DNA of 48,850 nt from Bacteriovoracaceae bacterium (GCA_018649885.1 JABIHA010000023.1:1-48850), one strand, 5' to 3'; shown: positions 25,480 through 36,419, numbered from the stretch's first letter. Notes: a model not told the origin generated them from the letters alone. Numbers and translations are program-made.

Positions 25480-26580
25480 TTATTTCATTTTCAAGGTAAT
25501 CACCAATGGAAAGTGATCTGAGAAACCTTGCTCATCATCTTTATCAGCACGGTGGTTGAACCTTTTAGGCACACCTGTGATGATAGTCCCTTTGTGGGCA
25601 CTTCCATCTTTAGTATAAGTGTATGACCCTGTAGAGAAAGAGCGTTTCACTATTTGAAAGCTGTTAATATCTGCAGTAAGTGCAGAGCCTGAAACTAATC
25701 TTTTCCCAATAAATATGTGATCTAGATGATTCCATTCCATATTTCTTCCATAGAAATATGATCCCATAGGCATAGCAATCCTCTGCTCAAAGGAAATGCC
25801 ATCCATTTCATCCCAAAGAGATTTAACATCTACCATCGATTTTTCGAGTTCTTTTTTTAGTGGGTGTGGATAGTCAGAATCGATGACGTTGAAGTCACCT
25901 AGTGCTAAAAAATATTCTTTTGAGTGAGATCGCCTTCTTCGTTTGATGGCCTTTCTCAGCCTCTTAGCTGCCTTCATCCTAGCTTTTGCTGGGTTTGCTT
26001 GTGAAGGCCAATGGTTAACATAAATATTAATCACCTGATCACCAAAAATTTCAAACCTTGCTGCCAATATATTCCTTGTGGGCTTACTAGCGAATACTTT
26101 GCCTTTTAAAACATACTCGTCACTGGCCAGAAGCTTAACGTCCTTTCCTTCATTGTATAGAAGAGCGACATCAATTCCTCTTTTATCAGGACTATTTGTA
26201 ATTAAGTAATTGCTATAGCCAAGGGTTTTGGATAACTGGCTTACCACATTTTCATTTTCAACCTCTGAAAGGCCTAGAAAGTCAGGAAGCTCCACTTTCC
26301 CATCATCGGTAACAACCTTTTTTATTCCCATTAGCTTTGCTTGCAATTTAATACTGGTCCAGTCTGTCTCAAGACATTTTTTCTTATAGTATTCAACATC
26401 ATTTAGATTACAGTTTTCAATTTTCTTTTTATGGCCCGCTGGTAGATATTCCCAGTCGCTCTTGCCAGCGTCGTGGATTGTATCGAAGAGATTTTCTACA
26501 TTATAACTCATAACAGTGAGTTCACTTGAAAAGGCATATGACATAAAAAGAGTTGCACAAATTACCAGAATATATTTCAC
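25480..26580 (-). CDS. Secreted endonuclease/exonuclease/phosphatase (EEP) family protein
   Basis: SYNVENLFD, LSEVEN, NHWPS, GDFN, LDHI, FSDHFP. Confidence 0.93.
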   Translation of the reverse strand: MKYILVICATLFMSYAFSSELTVMSYNVENLFDTIHDAGKSDWEYLPAGHKKKIENCNLNDVEYYKKKCLETDWTSIKLQAKLMGIKKVVTDDGKVELPDFLGLSEVENENVVSQLSKTLGYSNYLITNSPDKRGIDVALLYNEGKDVKLLASDEYVLKGKVFASKPTRNILAARFEIFGDQVINIYVNHWPSQANPAKARMKAAKRLRKAIKRRRRSHSKEYFLALGDFNVIDSDYPHPLKKELEKSMVDVKSLWDEMDGISFEQRIAMPMGSYFYGRNMEWNHLDHIFIGKRLVSGSALTADINSFQIVKRSFSTGSYTYTKDGSAHKGTIITGVPKRFNHRADKDDEQGFSDHFPLVITLKMK

Positions 26581-26723
26581 GAAAAATCTCCTTGTTAGCT
26601 TATGCCAGCTTATACAAGAATCTGATTCGATTTAATAGAGAATTCAAAAAAAACTAATCTTGGTGCTACTAGCATATCAAATACCAATAAGTTAACTTTT
26701 AATGGTGTCAAAATGCTACCTGT

Positions 26724-27482
26724 TTATTGATTCATATTTGTCAAAGCAATATGTAATTTTATAATAATCTCTGCCTTAATGGTTTCATATCTTTGCTTTT
26801 TGGCCCACTCAAAATGCTTATCAGAGCTCTCTTCTTTCCTAATTGGCTCCTTTTGATAATTCAAAAATGGTGACAACTCACTAGATAGAAGAGCATACCA
26901 ATGCAGGAAATCTTTTTTATTTTTAAACAAGGCCATTAGGTCTAGAGTTTCAGAAGTTAAAACTCTCTTAAGTGAGAAAATATTGTAAGCATAGAATGTA
27001 CTTTTTTTAACTTTTTTTCCAATAAATTTCTGCAAATAATTTACGGAGAACTGAGTCACCTTTGGAGCTAACTTCTTTTTCTTCTTTTCCATTTTCGCAT
27101 ATTTCTCTCCATTAACAAGCCCTCTATACACTCCCTCTTTACTGGCCTTCTGAGAAAATCGACTCATCCACAGCTTCATCTCCGTAAGGCTTGGCCCTCT
27201 TGCAAAGAGCGAAAGATATATCTCTTTTATAAAATAGTAATTCCTTGACTTCACTCTCTGCACATTCATATCGACTTCATCGTGTCTCCACCTCTTATGC
27301 CCATGATCAAAAACGTCTAAAGACTTGGCATCTTTTACCAACTTCGGCAAAGTGGGCATGGTAATTTCTCCCTTCTTCTTATTGGAGTAAGAGTTGGGAT
27401 CCCCCCCTCCAAACATAGACTCAAACACTTGTGCATGAAGTCCTAGACAAAGAAAAAGAAAAAGTGGTGATAATTTTCTCAT
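26724..27482 (-). CDS. Exported hypothetical protein with DUF4214-like helical segment
   Basis: FIKEIYLSLFARGP...W...SKEGVYRGLVNGEKY pattern; signal peptide. Confidence 0.65.
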   Translation of the reverse strand: MRKLSPLFLFLCLGLHAQVFESMFGGGDPNSYSNKKKGEITMPTLPKLVKDAKSLDVFDHGHKRWRHDEVDMNVQRVKSRNYYFIKEIYLSLFARGPSLTEMKLWMSRFSQKASKEGVYRGLVNGEKYAKMEKKKKKLAPKVTQFSVNYLQKFIGKKVKKSTFYAYNIFSLKRVLTSETLDLMALFKNKKDFLHWYALLSSELSPFLNYQKEPIRKEESSDKHFEWAKKQRYETIKAEIIIKLHIALTNMNQ

Positions 27483-27483
27483 A

Positions 27484-28335
27484 CTATCTAAAAACCCATG
27501 GAAAGAGTTCTTGAATATTCCTCTTAATTTTTAAGAAGTACCTCACTATGATTTTAGTGATATCTCGGTCGTGCTCTAAAACTTCTAGCGCTTTTTCTCT
27601 ACCTACATTGACTAGGGGGATTGGGTCTTCACAAATTATTCTAGAAAAAGAACTTAGATTGAGGCCAATAACAGAATCTGCACGTTTTAGTTGAGCAATT
27701 GTATTGTGGTCTATCGCCACCTCGAAAGCATTGAGAAGCACATCAACAAATGTTGTAGGTCTTCTATACTCTGCTCCATGACCTAGATCAACGGCGTAGA
27801 CATACCTTGCTCCCATATCAAAGAGCGGAGAAATGGGAACATTCTCAAGCAGCCCACCATCAACTAAAAATCTTTGATCTATTTCAATGGGGGCGTATAA
27901 ACCAGGTACACAAGTTGTGGCCATTAAGGCCTTTTTTAGATTCCCCGATCTTAGAACTACTTTTTCGCCACTTGAGATGTCAGTAGCTGTAATCGCCAGC
28001 GGAATCGGTGCATCTTCAATTGAAGTATTTCCAATAACATTAGTGACGGCCTTGCCGAGCAGTTGATTTGAAAATAATCCACCGTCCTTTCCAAATCCAA
28101 AGTCGGTAATAGTTTTCCAGTTTAATGAGGCGACAATATCTTCTATTTCGACAAGAGGTACCCCAAAGGAGTACAACGCCGCCACGACAGCGCCAATACT
28201 ACTACCTGCTAAATAGGAAATATGCTGACCCGATTTCTGAAATGCACTTAAGACACCAACATGTGCCACTCCCCTTGCAGCTCCTCCCCCCAGTGCAACA
28301 CCGACACTTTGCCTTTCAACTCTAAATCTTTTCAG
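27484..28335 (-). CDS. Patatin-like phospholipase, probable CTG start
   Basis: VALGGGAARG (upstream of the ORF-track start), GSSIG, DGG; GAGG 5 nt before in-frame CTG at 28335. Confidence 0.9.
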   Translation of the reverse strand: MKRFRVERQSVGVALGGGAARGVAHVGVLSAFQKSGQHISYLAGSSIGAVVAALYSFGVPLVEIEDIVASLNWKTITDFGFGKDGGLFSNQLLGKAVTNVIGNTSIEDAPIPLAITATDISSGEKVVLRSGNLKKALMATTCVPGLYAPIEIDQRFLVDGGLLENVPISPLFDMGARYVYAVDLGHGAEYRRPTTFVDVLLNAFEVAIDHNTIAQLKRADSVIGLNLSSFSRIICEDPIPLVNVGREKALEVLEHDRDITKIIVRYFLKIKRNIQELFPWVFR

Positions 28336-28349
28336 GCAAACCTCGTTTT

Positions 28350-29981
28350 TTACTTTTTGGTGGTAGCAGTGTCATCAATTAATTTCAAGCTATTTTTAAA
28401 AATATTCTTTTCTGTTCTTGTAAGGGGTAAGCCTGGATAAGAATAAAAAGATCTGTCTCCAATTTTCTTTCTATTTTGAAGACTACAGTAAGTTGCAAAA
28501 CGAATATTCTCTTTACTTATTTCACTGATTTTTTTAATTTTTAGATTTGAACAATCAAAATTTCTTTGTGAGCTAGCTATGCTCCTTTCACCATCAAAGA
28601 GGGTAAATAGCTCCCTTGTACTAATTCTTCTTTCGAGTAAGAAGGAAATTCCATTTAAAACTCTAACGTCAAAAATATCCCTCAGCTTTCCTCCATCAAA
28701 GTTTTTCAAAAGGTGTCCCCAAAGGCCATGAGGATCGTTTGCAAACTTCAAATTAGACCATGCTCGCTTTGCCAGCCGTGTGTTATCATTGCCAAGCAAA
28801 TAGATATATTCGCTGTTGGTAAAATTTCGGCTTAGAAGATGACTTTCAAGCCGGTCCTTCCTACTTGAATAAAAAGAAAGGTCTTTGATCTTTCCGAAAA
28901 CCCAGGCAAGAGTTTTAATATCACTGTAGCTCTCGCCCACATGAGAAATTAGTTTTTTCATCTCAAAGAACTTGGTTTTATCAATTCGATTCCATTTCTC
29001 TTTTATGGTCAGTTTTCTCTTGCTCATTTCACGAAAGCTCAATTTACTATTTGTTAATGCGTAATATACAGAGCTCGCATTCTTATCTGCCAGTATCTTA
29101 CTTTTAAGCCCCTTAGAAATATCAACAAAGCGAATAAAGCTCCCGAGATTTGCCATCTCTTTTTCAATTAATCGAATATCACTGCCTGCCTTCTGAATAT
29201 TATATTTGGAAACAAAGAATAAAGCTCCGCAAATGACAATGACAGAAACAGCTGAGTACCTAATCGTCTTTTTGTTCCATACTGTAGGAAGATTGAAAAT
29301 TGCCTTAAAATTATCTAATAAAGCAATTGTGAATCCTACGCAGAACACTGTAGTGAAAATAAACATTGGCAATTGATTTTTAATAAGTGCGTTACTGATG
29401 GTGTAGATAGCTACCACAAGGATTAACAAATACATTGACATTTTTTTTCTGGGGATTTCCCCTCTTTTGTGGCCAAAAATATACCTTTTATGAAATACGC
29501 CAAAAAAGAATAACATAAATAGTGATACACAAAGCATACCAATACTTACATTGAGCCCACTAAAACTTATATTCTCAATGGTATTGAAAAAGTCTTTTTT
29601 CGTAAGAAAGCTTAAAAACTTTCCAAATTCAGGACCTAAACCAATCCAAATGGATAAACCAAAGCCGGCAAAGGAGAGTATTAAACCTGTAAGAAAGCTA
29701 ATGGCGACAAAGAGGATATGTTCAAAAAGCATCCTCTTTCTTGAAATTGGAAGAAAGATTATCCAACTAAGATTCTTCCTATAGAACTGGTTTGTATATC
29801 CCATTACAAAAAAGGGTACAACTAATATAAAGAGGCACAAAAATGGGAACACATCGGCCATGAAACTATCAGGTGTCCCGCTCTGACTTTTAACCCAAAG
29901 TGTATAACCAACTCCAAGACACCAAAGCATCAAATAAGAAATAATTTGGTCTTTTAAATTTTTCTTCGCTATTTTTAACAT
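28350..29981 (-). CDS. ABC transporter permease-like protein with large C-terminal soluble domain
   Basis: About 7 TM segments, FLPISRK motif, coupled to upstream ATPase. Confidence 0.7.
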   Translation of the reverse strand: MLKIAKKNLKDQIISYLMLWCLGVGYTLWVKSQSGTPDSFMADVFPFLCLFILVVPFFVMGYTNQFYRKNLSWIIFLPISRKRMLFEHILFVAISFLTGLILSFAGFGLSIWIGLGPEFGKFLSFLTKKDFFNTIENISFSGLNVSIGMLCVSLFMLFFFGVFHKRYIFGHKRGEIPRKKMSMYLLILVVAIYTISNALIKNQLPMFIFTTVFCVGFTIALLDNFKAIFNLPTVWNKKTIRYSAVSVIVICGALFFVSKYNIQKAGSDIRLIEKEMANLGSFIRFVDISKGLKSKILADKNASSVYYALTNSKLSFREMSKRKLTIKEKWNRIDKTKFFEMKKLISHVGESYSDIKTLAWVFGKIKDLSFYSSRKDRLESHLLSRNFTNSEYIYLLGNDNTRLAKRAWSNLKFANDPHGLWGHLLKNFDGGKLRDIFDVRVLNGISFLLERRISTRELFTLFDGERSIASSQRNFDCSNLKIKKISEISKENIRFATYCSLQNRKKIGDRSFYSYPGLPLTRTEKNIFKNSLKLIDDTATTKK

Positions 29982-29983
29982 TG

Positions 29984-30892
29984 CTAAGCCGCCTTTTTTT
30001 CTTCTGAGATTTCGTCATTTCTGCTTGTATAAAATAAGAAAATCTCTTCAAGACTTATTTCTCTGCGATCGAGAACTTCATCTGGAATTGTGGCCATATC
30101 AGCTAGATATTCTTTATCTAAAATATATGACTTTGACCCATCTGAATTAGTACTAACCCAGAAGCAATGGGGATTGTTAAATATATAGTGATCATGATTG
30201 TGTTCAGTTCTTCTAACTTTTAATAATCTATTTTTGATGGTTTTAACTCCATCGTTTACCACAAGTTTTCCCTTATCAAGTAAAAGAACCCTATCCGCTT
30301 TGCCTTGAAGTTCATGCACTATATTTGTTGTCATTATGACAAGACCACCATTCCCGGAAAAGTCACTCAAAATATCCAAGAAAAATTTTCTAGCATAAAT
30401 ATCTAAAACAGATGTAATTTCATCAATTAAAAGAATTTTTGGGTGAAAGGATAATTGACCAATTAATACAATTTGCATTTTTTGGCCTCTAGAGAAAGTT
30501 TTAAAATCTCTAGTTAAATCTATTTCTTGTTTTTTCATTTTTTCCAGAAAATATTCTTGGTCCCAATTTTTGTAAAATGAAGAGAAAATTTTAAAAAATT
30601 TTTCCAGTGAGATATCAGTTTGGTACTCTATATTTTCTGTAACATAGCCAATGAGCTCTTTTTTGATACCTAGATCTTCTTCAAAGCGAGTATCCAAAAT
30701 ATGACCGCTGCCTGCAGAGCTATAGTCTTCTCCGGCTATAATTTTTAGCAGTGTGGATTTGCCTGCACCGTTGTGACCAAGTAAGGCGACAAACTCACCA
30801 GCATTAAAATTTGCGCTAATATCTTGTAGCGCATAGAACTTGTAAAACTTCTTTGAGATTTTTTCTAGTAATATAAGCGTGTTATCATCCAT
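29984..30892 (-). CDS. ABC transporter ATP-binding protein
   Basis: Walker A GHNGAGKS, signature FSRGQ, Walker B LLIDE; start MDDN with GGAG RBS. Confidence 0.93.
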   Translation of the reverse strand: MDDNTLILLEKISKKFYKFYALQDISANFNAGEFVALLGHNGAGKSTLLKIIAGEDYSSAGSGHILDTRFEEDLGIKKELIGYVTENIEYQTDISLEKFFKIFSSFYKNWDQEYFLEKMKKQEIDLTRDFKTFSRGQKMQIVLIGQLSFHPKILLIDEITSVLDIYARKFFLDILSDFSGNGGLVIMTTNIVHELQGKADRVLLLDKGKLVVNDGVKTIKNRLLKVRRTEHNHDHYIFNNPHCFWVSTNSDGSKSYILDKEYLADMATIPDEVLDRREISLEEIFLFYTSRNDEISEEKKAA

Positions 30893-31113
30893 AAAAACTC
30901 CAATATTCACCCTCTTTTCGGTATATATCGAGCACGGCCTTACATCAGAGTGGATCAAAACTTAGAGTATAATTACAACTTGTTAGCTAATTAATCGTAT
31001 TGATCACCACCCAAATCCCTCTCCTATTTGTAAATCCTACATTTCTGCAAGTTTATTGGTAATTTCTGCTTGATATCAGATAATATGGGCCTCAAAGAAA
31101 GGCGAGGTGAATT

Positions 31114-32802
31114 GTGAAAAAGTCCCTACAGTTTTGTATTCTTTTTGGATTGATAGTGAATATATCCTATTCAAAGGGACCAGCACATTACTCACTTCAG
31201 GGTATCATCGTCGATGTAAAAGAGGCCCAGCACTTTGTGGGTGTAGTAGAAATAAAAGATGGTAAGATTTCTGCAGTTCACAGGGACATTGAAAATTTAC
31301 CTGAAGGTGTTCCCGCTCCCAAATTAACGAATTTAATGATTTATCCAGGCCTCATCGATAATCATAACCATATCAAATACAACTTAATGCCACTGTGGAT
31401 TCCCAGCAAGCCTACTTTTAACAATAGAAGTGAATGGCCCAAGTTAAAGGAATATACCAAAGGCGTTAAAAAGGTATTTAAAGAAATATATAAAGACCCA
31501 GCAGAATGTAGAGAAATGAAAAGAGGTCCTGAAAAAGATGAATGCCTTCTAAAACACAAGTGTCCAATTATTATTTATAGTGAATTAAAAGCACTTGCAA
31601 ATGGTGTTACAACAATTCAAGGAAGTACTGCTTTCAGTGAAACCACTGGAGATATTGTATCCTATAAAGGTTTAACACCACTTGATGAATGGCAGTCTGA
31701 ACTGGAAACGAAGCTCACCAATTGCCTCGCAGGTGGCGCACGAATTTCAGAACGAGATGTCTTTGATGGTGATATCAATAGAGTTCGAACTACGGCCATC
31801 GGAATTGGAGACAAGGGATGGGCGGACACTGAGGAAAACCCTAAAGGCAAAGAAGCGGGAAAATCCCTTATTGAAGAAATCGCAAATGATAAAAATGATG
31901 CCTTCTTTGTTCACTTAGCTGAAGGCAAAAAAGCTGATCAAAGCTCAAAAGATGAATTTGGAATACTGGCAAAGCTCGACCTTTTGAGGCCTGAAATGGT
32001 AATTATTCACGGCACGGCCCTTGGCGCTGAAGAATTCAAGGCCATGGGTGAAAAAGAAATGGGTCTTGTATGGTCGCCCACAAGTAATCTACTGCTTTAC
32101 GGAGAAACCACTAATATTCCTCTTGCCCTTGATAATGGTGTTTATATTACACTGGGAAGTGACTGGAGCTTAAGTGGCACAAAGGGTCTTTTAGGTGAGC
32201 TAAAAATTGCAGACTGGAGCCTTAAAAATCTGTATGGAGACGAAAAAATTGAAAAGCAGCAAATGAGTATTGTACAAATGGCCACGATTAACGGTGCCAG
32301 AGCACTTGGCCAAGAAGACCATCTTGGAAGCATTGAAAGTGGAAAATTCGCAGACTTTCTTATTACCAAAGCGCCCAATTATTGTGCTGATCCCTTCGAA
32401 TATCTTGTCGGATTGGAAGAAAAAGATTTAGACCTCGTAGTTGTCGGCGGAACCCCGTTATATGGAAAACCAGAATCGATTCAGGCAATAAATCCGGAAG
32501 CAGTGCTATCACAGGTTCCAGAAGAAATTTGTGGTCAAGTCAAGGCCTTTAGCCTCAACTACCCTACTCAGGTTGATTTCGGTAAACTTGTTAGCGACTT
32601 GGGCAGTAAAATTCAAGCTGCCTATGATAAATTGCCTGAAGACATAAGAACAACGCTTGAAGTTATCCCAGAAAATGTTGAAGGTATCTTTGAAAAACCT
32701 TTTGGTAAGGTTGATCCGATTTGTTCATTTGGTGATGAGCGGTTTAAAAAACTGATTCTAAGAATGAAAGGGCCTCTAGAAATAAAGCCTGAGTCCCCCT
32801 GA
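31114..32802 (+). CDS. Secreted amidohydrolase-superfamily protein
   Basis: PGLIDNHNH, VHLAEG, IHGT, WSPTSN, LGSDW, ATINGARALG, GKFAD. Confidence 0.9.
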   Translation: MKKSLQFCILFGLIVNISYSKGPAHYSLQGIIVDVKEAQHFVGVVEIKDGKISAVHRDIENLPEGVPAPKLTNLMIYPGLIDNHNHIKYNLMPLWIPSKPTFNNRSEWPKLKEYTKGVKKVFKEIYKDPAECREMKRGPEKDECLLKHKCPIIIYSELKALANGVTTIQGSTAFSETTGDIVSYKGLTPLDEWQSELETKLTNCLAGGARISERDVFDGDINRVRTTAIGIGDKGWADTEENPKGKEAGKSLIEEIANDKNDAFFVHLAEGKKADQSSKDEFGILAKLDLLRPEMVIIHGTALGAEEFKAMGEKEMGLVWSPTSNLLLYGETTNIPLALDNGVYITLGSDWSLSGTKGLLGELKIADWSLKNLYGDEKIEKQQMSIVQMATINGARALGQEDHLGSIESGKFADFLITKAPNYCADPFEYLVGLEEKDLDLVVVGGTPLYGKPESIQAINPEAVLSQVPEEICGQVKAFSLNYPTQVDFGKLVSDLGSKIQAAYDKLPEDIRTTLEVIPENVEGIFEKPFGKVDPICSFGDERFKKLILRMKGPLEIKPESP

Positions 32803-33357
32803 GTACTCCAAAAAACTCACATCTCCAAGGGTCACTATAGCGCCATCCACTGTGAGATCAAATGGACCTATGGGGATAGAAAGACCACCTCCGGCAACAA
32901 GCCCAATTCCATCGCTTACCCCTGCCACGGTGACATTTGCTCCGGCAACACTAAGTGACACTTTTGCATCCAGCATATTGTATGAAAATCCTCCCTTTAT
33001 AGAAATAAAATCGCCAATAAAATATCTGAGGACTCCACCTATTGAGGTGACATCAAGCTCAGTGGTAACATCCAAATCAGTTCCTAATACACTTGTGGTC
33101 GTTTTTTTAGGTCCAAATTTATGGCGTTTTGTGAGTAGGTCAATTCCAAGGCCTGACTCCATTCGATACCCAATCTCTAGGCTGGCCCCAGTGGAGTCCA
33201 TGGCATCCCAATAGGGACTTGATGAGGAGGTGCTTGCAACGGCATATTGTGGGTTGATGTAAATTCCTGACCTAGAGTCTTTAGCATTAGCGAGCACAGA
33301 GAAAAAACACCCTAGAATAACAATAAAATGGGGCAAAGACTTCAAAGTAGTCTCCAA
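32776..33357 (-). CDS. Small outer-membrane beta-barrel protein
   Basis: Signal peptide, Gly-rich beta strands, C-terminal GGLRLYF. Confidence 0.8.
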   Translation of the reverse strand: METTLKSLPHFIVILGCFFSVLANAKDSRSGIYINPQYAVASTSSSSPYWDAMDSTGASLEIGYRMESGLGIDLLTKRHKFGPKKTTTSVLGTDLDVTTELDVTSIGGVLRYFIGDFISIKGGFSYNMLDAKVSLSVAGANVTVAGVSDGIGLVAGGGLSIPIGPFDLTVDGAIVTLGDVSFLEYSGGLRLYF

Positions 33358-33526
33358 TCGCCCATCTCAACTTTTCCCCTAAAAGCCCTCTCCCAATAGC
33401 CTAATGAAAAGCTCAAAAATATTAAAGGAGGAAAAACCATCCCAATGACTAAAGTATTTGAAATTACACTTGCAGCTATTAAATGCCGATAAGTAAGTTA
33501 ACAATAACCAATAATTTGAGAGAGCT

Positions 33527-34207
33527 ATGGCACTAAAATATGTGAAAGTCCCCACTCCTTTTGCCCCCTTGTTTGAAGAAGCAGAAAAATATGTGATCGG
33601 CTATTTTTCCAAATTAAATTTGAACCCTGAAAAAGGTGTCATTGAAATTGATGGAGAGAGATATATTCTTGTGAGATCAGCTTCCATGAGTGTTCACTTT
33701 TTAGAGTTCATAACCCAGATGTACCCAGCACTTGATAAGGAAGAGGCAATTTCAGCTTCGGCAAAAGTTCTTTTTGACATTGCCCATTCCATGGGGATTG
33801 CTGATGCCAAAGAATTTCATACTCGGACAAATGTCACTGATCCAATTTCAAAGCTCTCAACGGGCCCAGTTCATTTTGCTTTTACAGGTTGGGCCTCAGT
33901 AGATATCCACCCTGATTCAACACCATCTCCAGATGAAAATTTCTGCCTTATATACGATCACCCTCAAAGTTTTGAGGCAGATGCTTGGATATCAAAAAGA
34001 AAGAAAGTTAACTTTTGTACTTGTTTTATGAACTCTGGTTACTCTTCAGGCTGGTGTGAGCAAAGCTTTGACATTCCACTAGTCGCACAAGAAATAACTT
34101 GCAGATCAAGAGGCGATCAGTACTGCCGCTTTATTATGTCTCAAGCACACAGAATAGATGAATTTATTGAAAAATATTTAGCATCTAACCCCGAGTTTAA
34201 AAAATAA
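33527..34207 (+). CDS. Stand-alone V4R (XylR-N/4-vinyl reductase) domain protein
   Basis: GERYILVRSAS, GPVHFAFTGW, CFMNSGYSSGW, EITCRSRGDQYCRF. Confidence 0.9.
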   Translation: MALKYVKVPTPFAPLFEEAEKYVIGYFSKLNLNPEKGVIEIDGERYILVRSASMSVHFLEFITQMYPALDKEEAISASAKVLFDIAHSMGIADAKEFHTRTNVTDPISKLSTGPVHFAFTGWASVDIHPDSTPSPDENFCLIYDHPQSFEADAWISKRKKVNFCTCFMNSGYSSGWCEQSFDIPLVAQEITCRSRGDQYCRFIMSQAHRIDEFIEKYLASNPEFKK

Positions 34208-34208
34208 A

Positions 34209-35549
34209 ATGAAAGATGATGATCTCTACCAATCTATATTAGCCAAACTTTCTATCATGTCGCCCTTTTTTGCAAAGGCCATGCTCGACAAATGTATCTC
34301 AGATCTCGGCAAGACTTCTGAAACAGTTTCAGCAATTGAGCTTCTAGACATTGTTAAAAATAAGTTAAACCCCAAACTCTCAAAAGGAAAGACAAGGACC
34401 AATTCAATTTTACTTGAAGGGGCAGGGATTATAACCCTCAATAGAGGAAATGAAATTATTTATACAAATAGTTTTGCCAAAAAAATCATTTATCAAATAA
34501 AAGAGATTCTGCCTGAAATAGAAAGTGATTTTGTGCTCCTTAGTAACCTTGGGTTTTGTAAAATAGTTCAAGAAGTTCGTAATATTGATATAAGAGAAAT
34601 TTACCTTGAACCATTTAGAAAAAGTTACAATATATCCATTGCTCCTATTTTTGATAAGGATAATATAATCACCGGATCAATGACAATAATTCAAGACAAT
34701 ACCCTTCATAGCGCCATCGAAAAAGAGGTTCTTCACCAAAATAAAAAGCTTCTTGAAGAAATTGAAAATAGGAAAAAAGCACAAAAAGAGTTAAAGGAAA
34801 AACAAGATGTACTTGTTAACACAAGCAAGCTTGCGGCCCTTGGTGAAATGGCTGGTGGCATTGCTCATGAAATAAATAACCCCCTGACCATTATTTCCAT
34901 GTCTGTGCAATCAATTCTAAAAATGAAAGAAAAGGGACTACTCCAGCCTTCAATGTTAGATCAAATGCTAAAAAAAATTCTCAGTACTACTGAGAGAATA
35001 AGCAATATTGTAAAAGGAATGAGAGTTATTTCTAGAAATTCAGAAGGTGAATCTTTTGGAAAGGACACACTTCGAAATATTCTCGGAGATGTTATTGCTC
35101 TGACGTCTGAGAAATTTAAAGACCATCAGGTAGACCTATCTCTAAATGAATCCCCCGCTCTCGATGACAAGATTGACTGCAAACCTGTTCAATTATCTCA
35201 AGTCTTTCTAAATCTTGTTAATAATTCTTTTGATGCCATTGAATCTCTTGATGTTAAATGGGTGAAATTCACAATTTGCGATTTAAAAGAACAAATCGAA
35301 ATACGAGTCAGTGATAGTGGAAGTGGAATCTCTAGCGAAGTCAGCAAAAAAATCTTGCAACCATTTTTTACCACAAAAGAAATCGGCAAAGGAACAGGCC
35401 TTGGCCTAAGTCTGTCTCACTCAATTATCAAACATCACGGCGGATCACTTCATTACGACCAAACATGCGAGAACACAACATTTGTAATTCATTTACCCAA
35501 AGAAAAAGTAAAGACCACAAAAAATAAAAATCTAGGCAAAAAACTTTAA
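34209..35549 (+). CDS. Cytoplasmic PAS-like sensor histidine kinase (NtrB type)
   Basis: [49 protein letters not shown]; no TM segment. Confidence 0.93.
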   Translation: MKDDDLYQSILAKLSIMSPFFAKAMLDKCISDLGKTSETVSAIELLDIVKNKLNPKLSKGKTRTNSILLEGAGIITLNRGNEIIYTNSFAKKIIYQIKEILPEIESDFVLLSNLGFCKIVQEVRNIDIREIYLEPFRKSYNISIAPIFDKDNIITGSMTIIQDNTLHSAIEKEVLHQNKKLLEEIENRKKAQKELKEKQDVLVNTSKLAALGEMAGGIAHEINNPLTIISMSVQSILKMKEKGLLQPSMLDQMLKKILSTTERISNIVKGMRVISRNSEGESFGKDTLRNILGDVIALTSEKFKDHQVDLSLNESPALDDKIDCKPVQLSQVFLNLVNNSFDAIESLDVKWVKFTICDLKEQIEIRVSDSGSGISSEVSKKILQPFFTTKEIGKGTGLGLSLSHSIIKHHGGSLHYDQTCENTTFVIHLPKEKVKTTKNKNLGKKL

Positions 35550-35569
35550 CCAGTGTATGAAATACCAAT

Positions 35570-36301
35570 ATGAAATATATTCAATGGATCAGTCACAGAG
35601 GCCTATGCCAAAACTGTGATGAAAATTCACAGGCTTCCTTTCAAAGTGCAGTTGACGAGGGATTTAACTGGCTCGAGACAGATTTGCGAGTCACAAGCGA
35701 TCACAAAATTGTTCTCACACACGACCCCGATTTTAATAAAATAGCAGGTGTAGACAAAAAAGTCTCTGATTTGACTCTTGCCCAAGTAAAAGCTTTGGTA
35801 CTTAGACAAGGCGGTGGCATTCTAGAGCTTAATGAATTCTCTGAACAATTCTCATCGCAAAATTGGGTCTTTGATATAAAACCTGAATCAGGGGTTGAGT
35901 GCATAGGCCTTTTAGAAGACTTCTTTTCAACATTTGATGACCCTATGTTTTACCAAGAAAGAATCATATTTCTTTTCTGGGACAAAAACCATCAACGAAT
36001 ATTTGAAAATTCTTTTCCCGGTGCCACATGCTTTGCCAGAGAATATGAATGCATTAGAGCTGGAGTAAGTATTTTGGCGAGGCTACCCATTCTAGGTGGC
36101 ATTAAGAAAGGGAAAATATACTCACTGGTACCAAGCCTTTTAGGAATACCTCTTTATACAAAGAGAATTATTGATGAATACCACAAGAAAGGTGCCAAGG
36201 TTTTGGCCTACTTGCCTGAAAATTCTGTGGACATTGAAAGTGCCTACGACTGTGGCTTTGATTACATTCTCTCAAATAATCCACCTCAAAACAGAAACTG
36301 A
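35570..36301 (+). CDS. Glycerophosphodiester phosphodiesterase family protein
   Basis: SHRG, ENS, ETDLRVTSD, HD, DIK. Confidence 0.9.
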   Translation: MKYIQWISHRGLCQNCDENSQASFQSAVDEGFNWLETDLRVTSDHKIVLTHDPDFNKIAGVDKKVSDLTLAQVKALVLRQGGGILELNEFSEQFSSQNWVFDIKPESGVECIGLLEDFFSTFDDPMFYQERIIFLFWDKNHQRIFENSFPGATCFAREYECIRAGVSILARLPILGGIKKGKIYSLVPSLLGIPLYTKRIIDEYHKKGAKVLAYLPENSVDIESAYDCGFDYILSNNPPQNRN

Positions 36302-36419
36302 CCTATATAAACGCACACTTGCCCTGCTCAAGATGACTAGACGCACCACAAGAATGACTAGAATCAGCATTCAGATTATGATAAATAAATCCATTCAATA
36401 ATACATAGGGGATTAACAC

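Noticed and set aside
34195..34211. Programmed -1 frameshift fusing V4R to the kinase at tttaaaaaa
   Set aside because: The kinase is in the +1 frame and has its own ATG.
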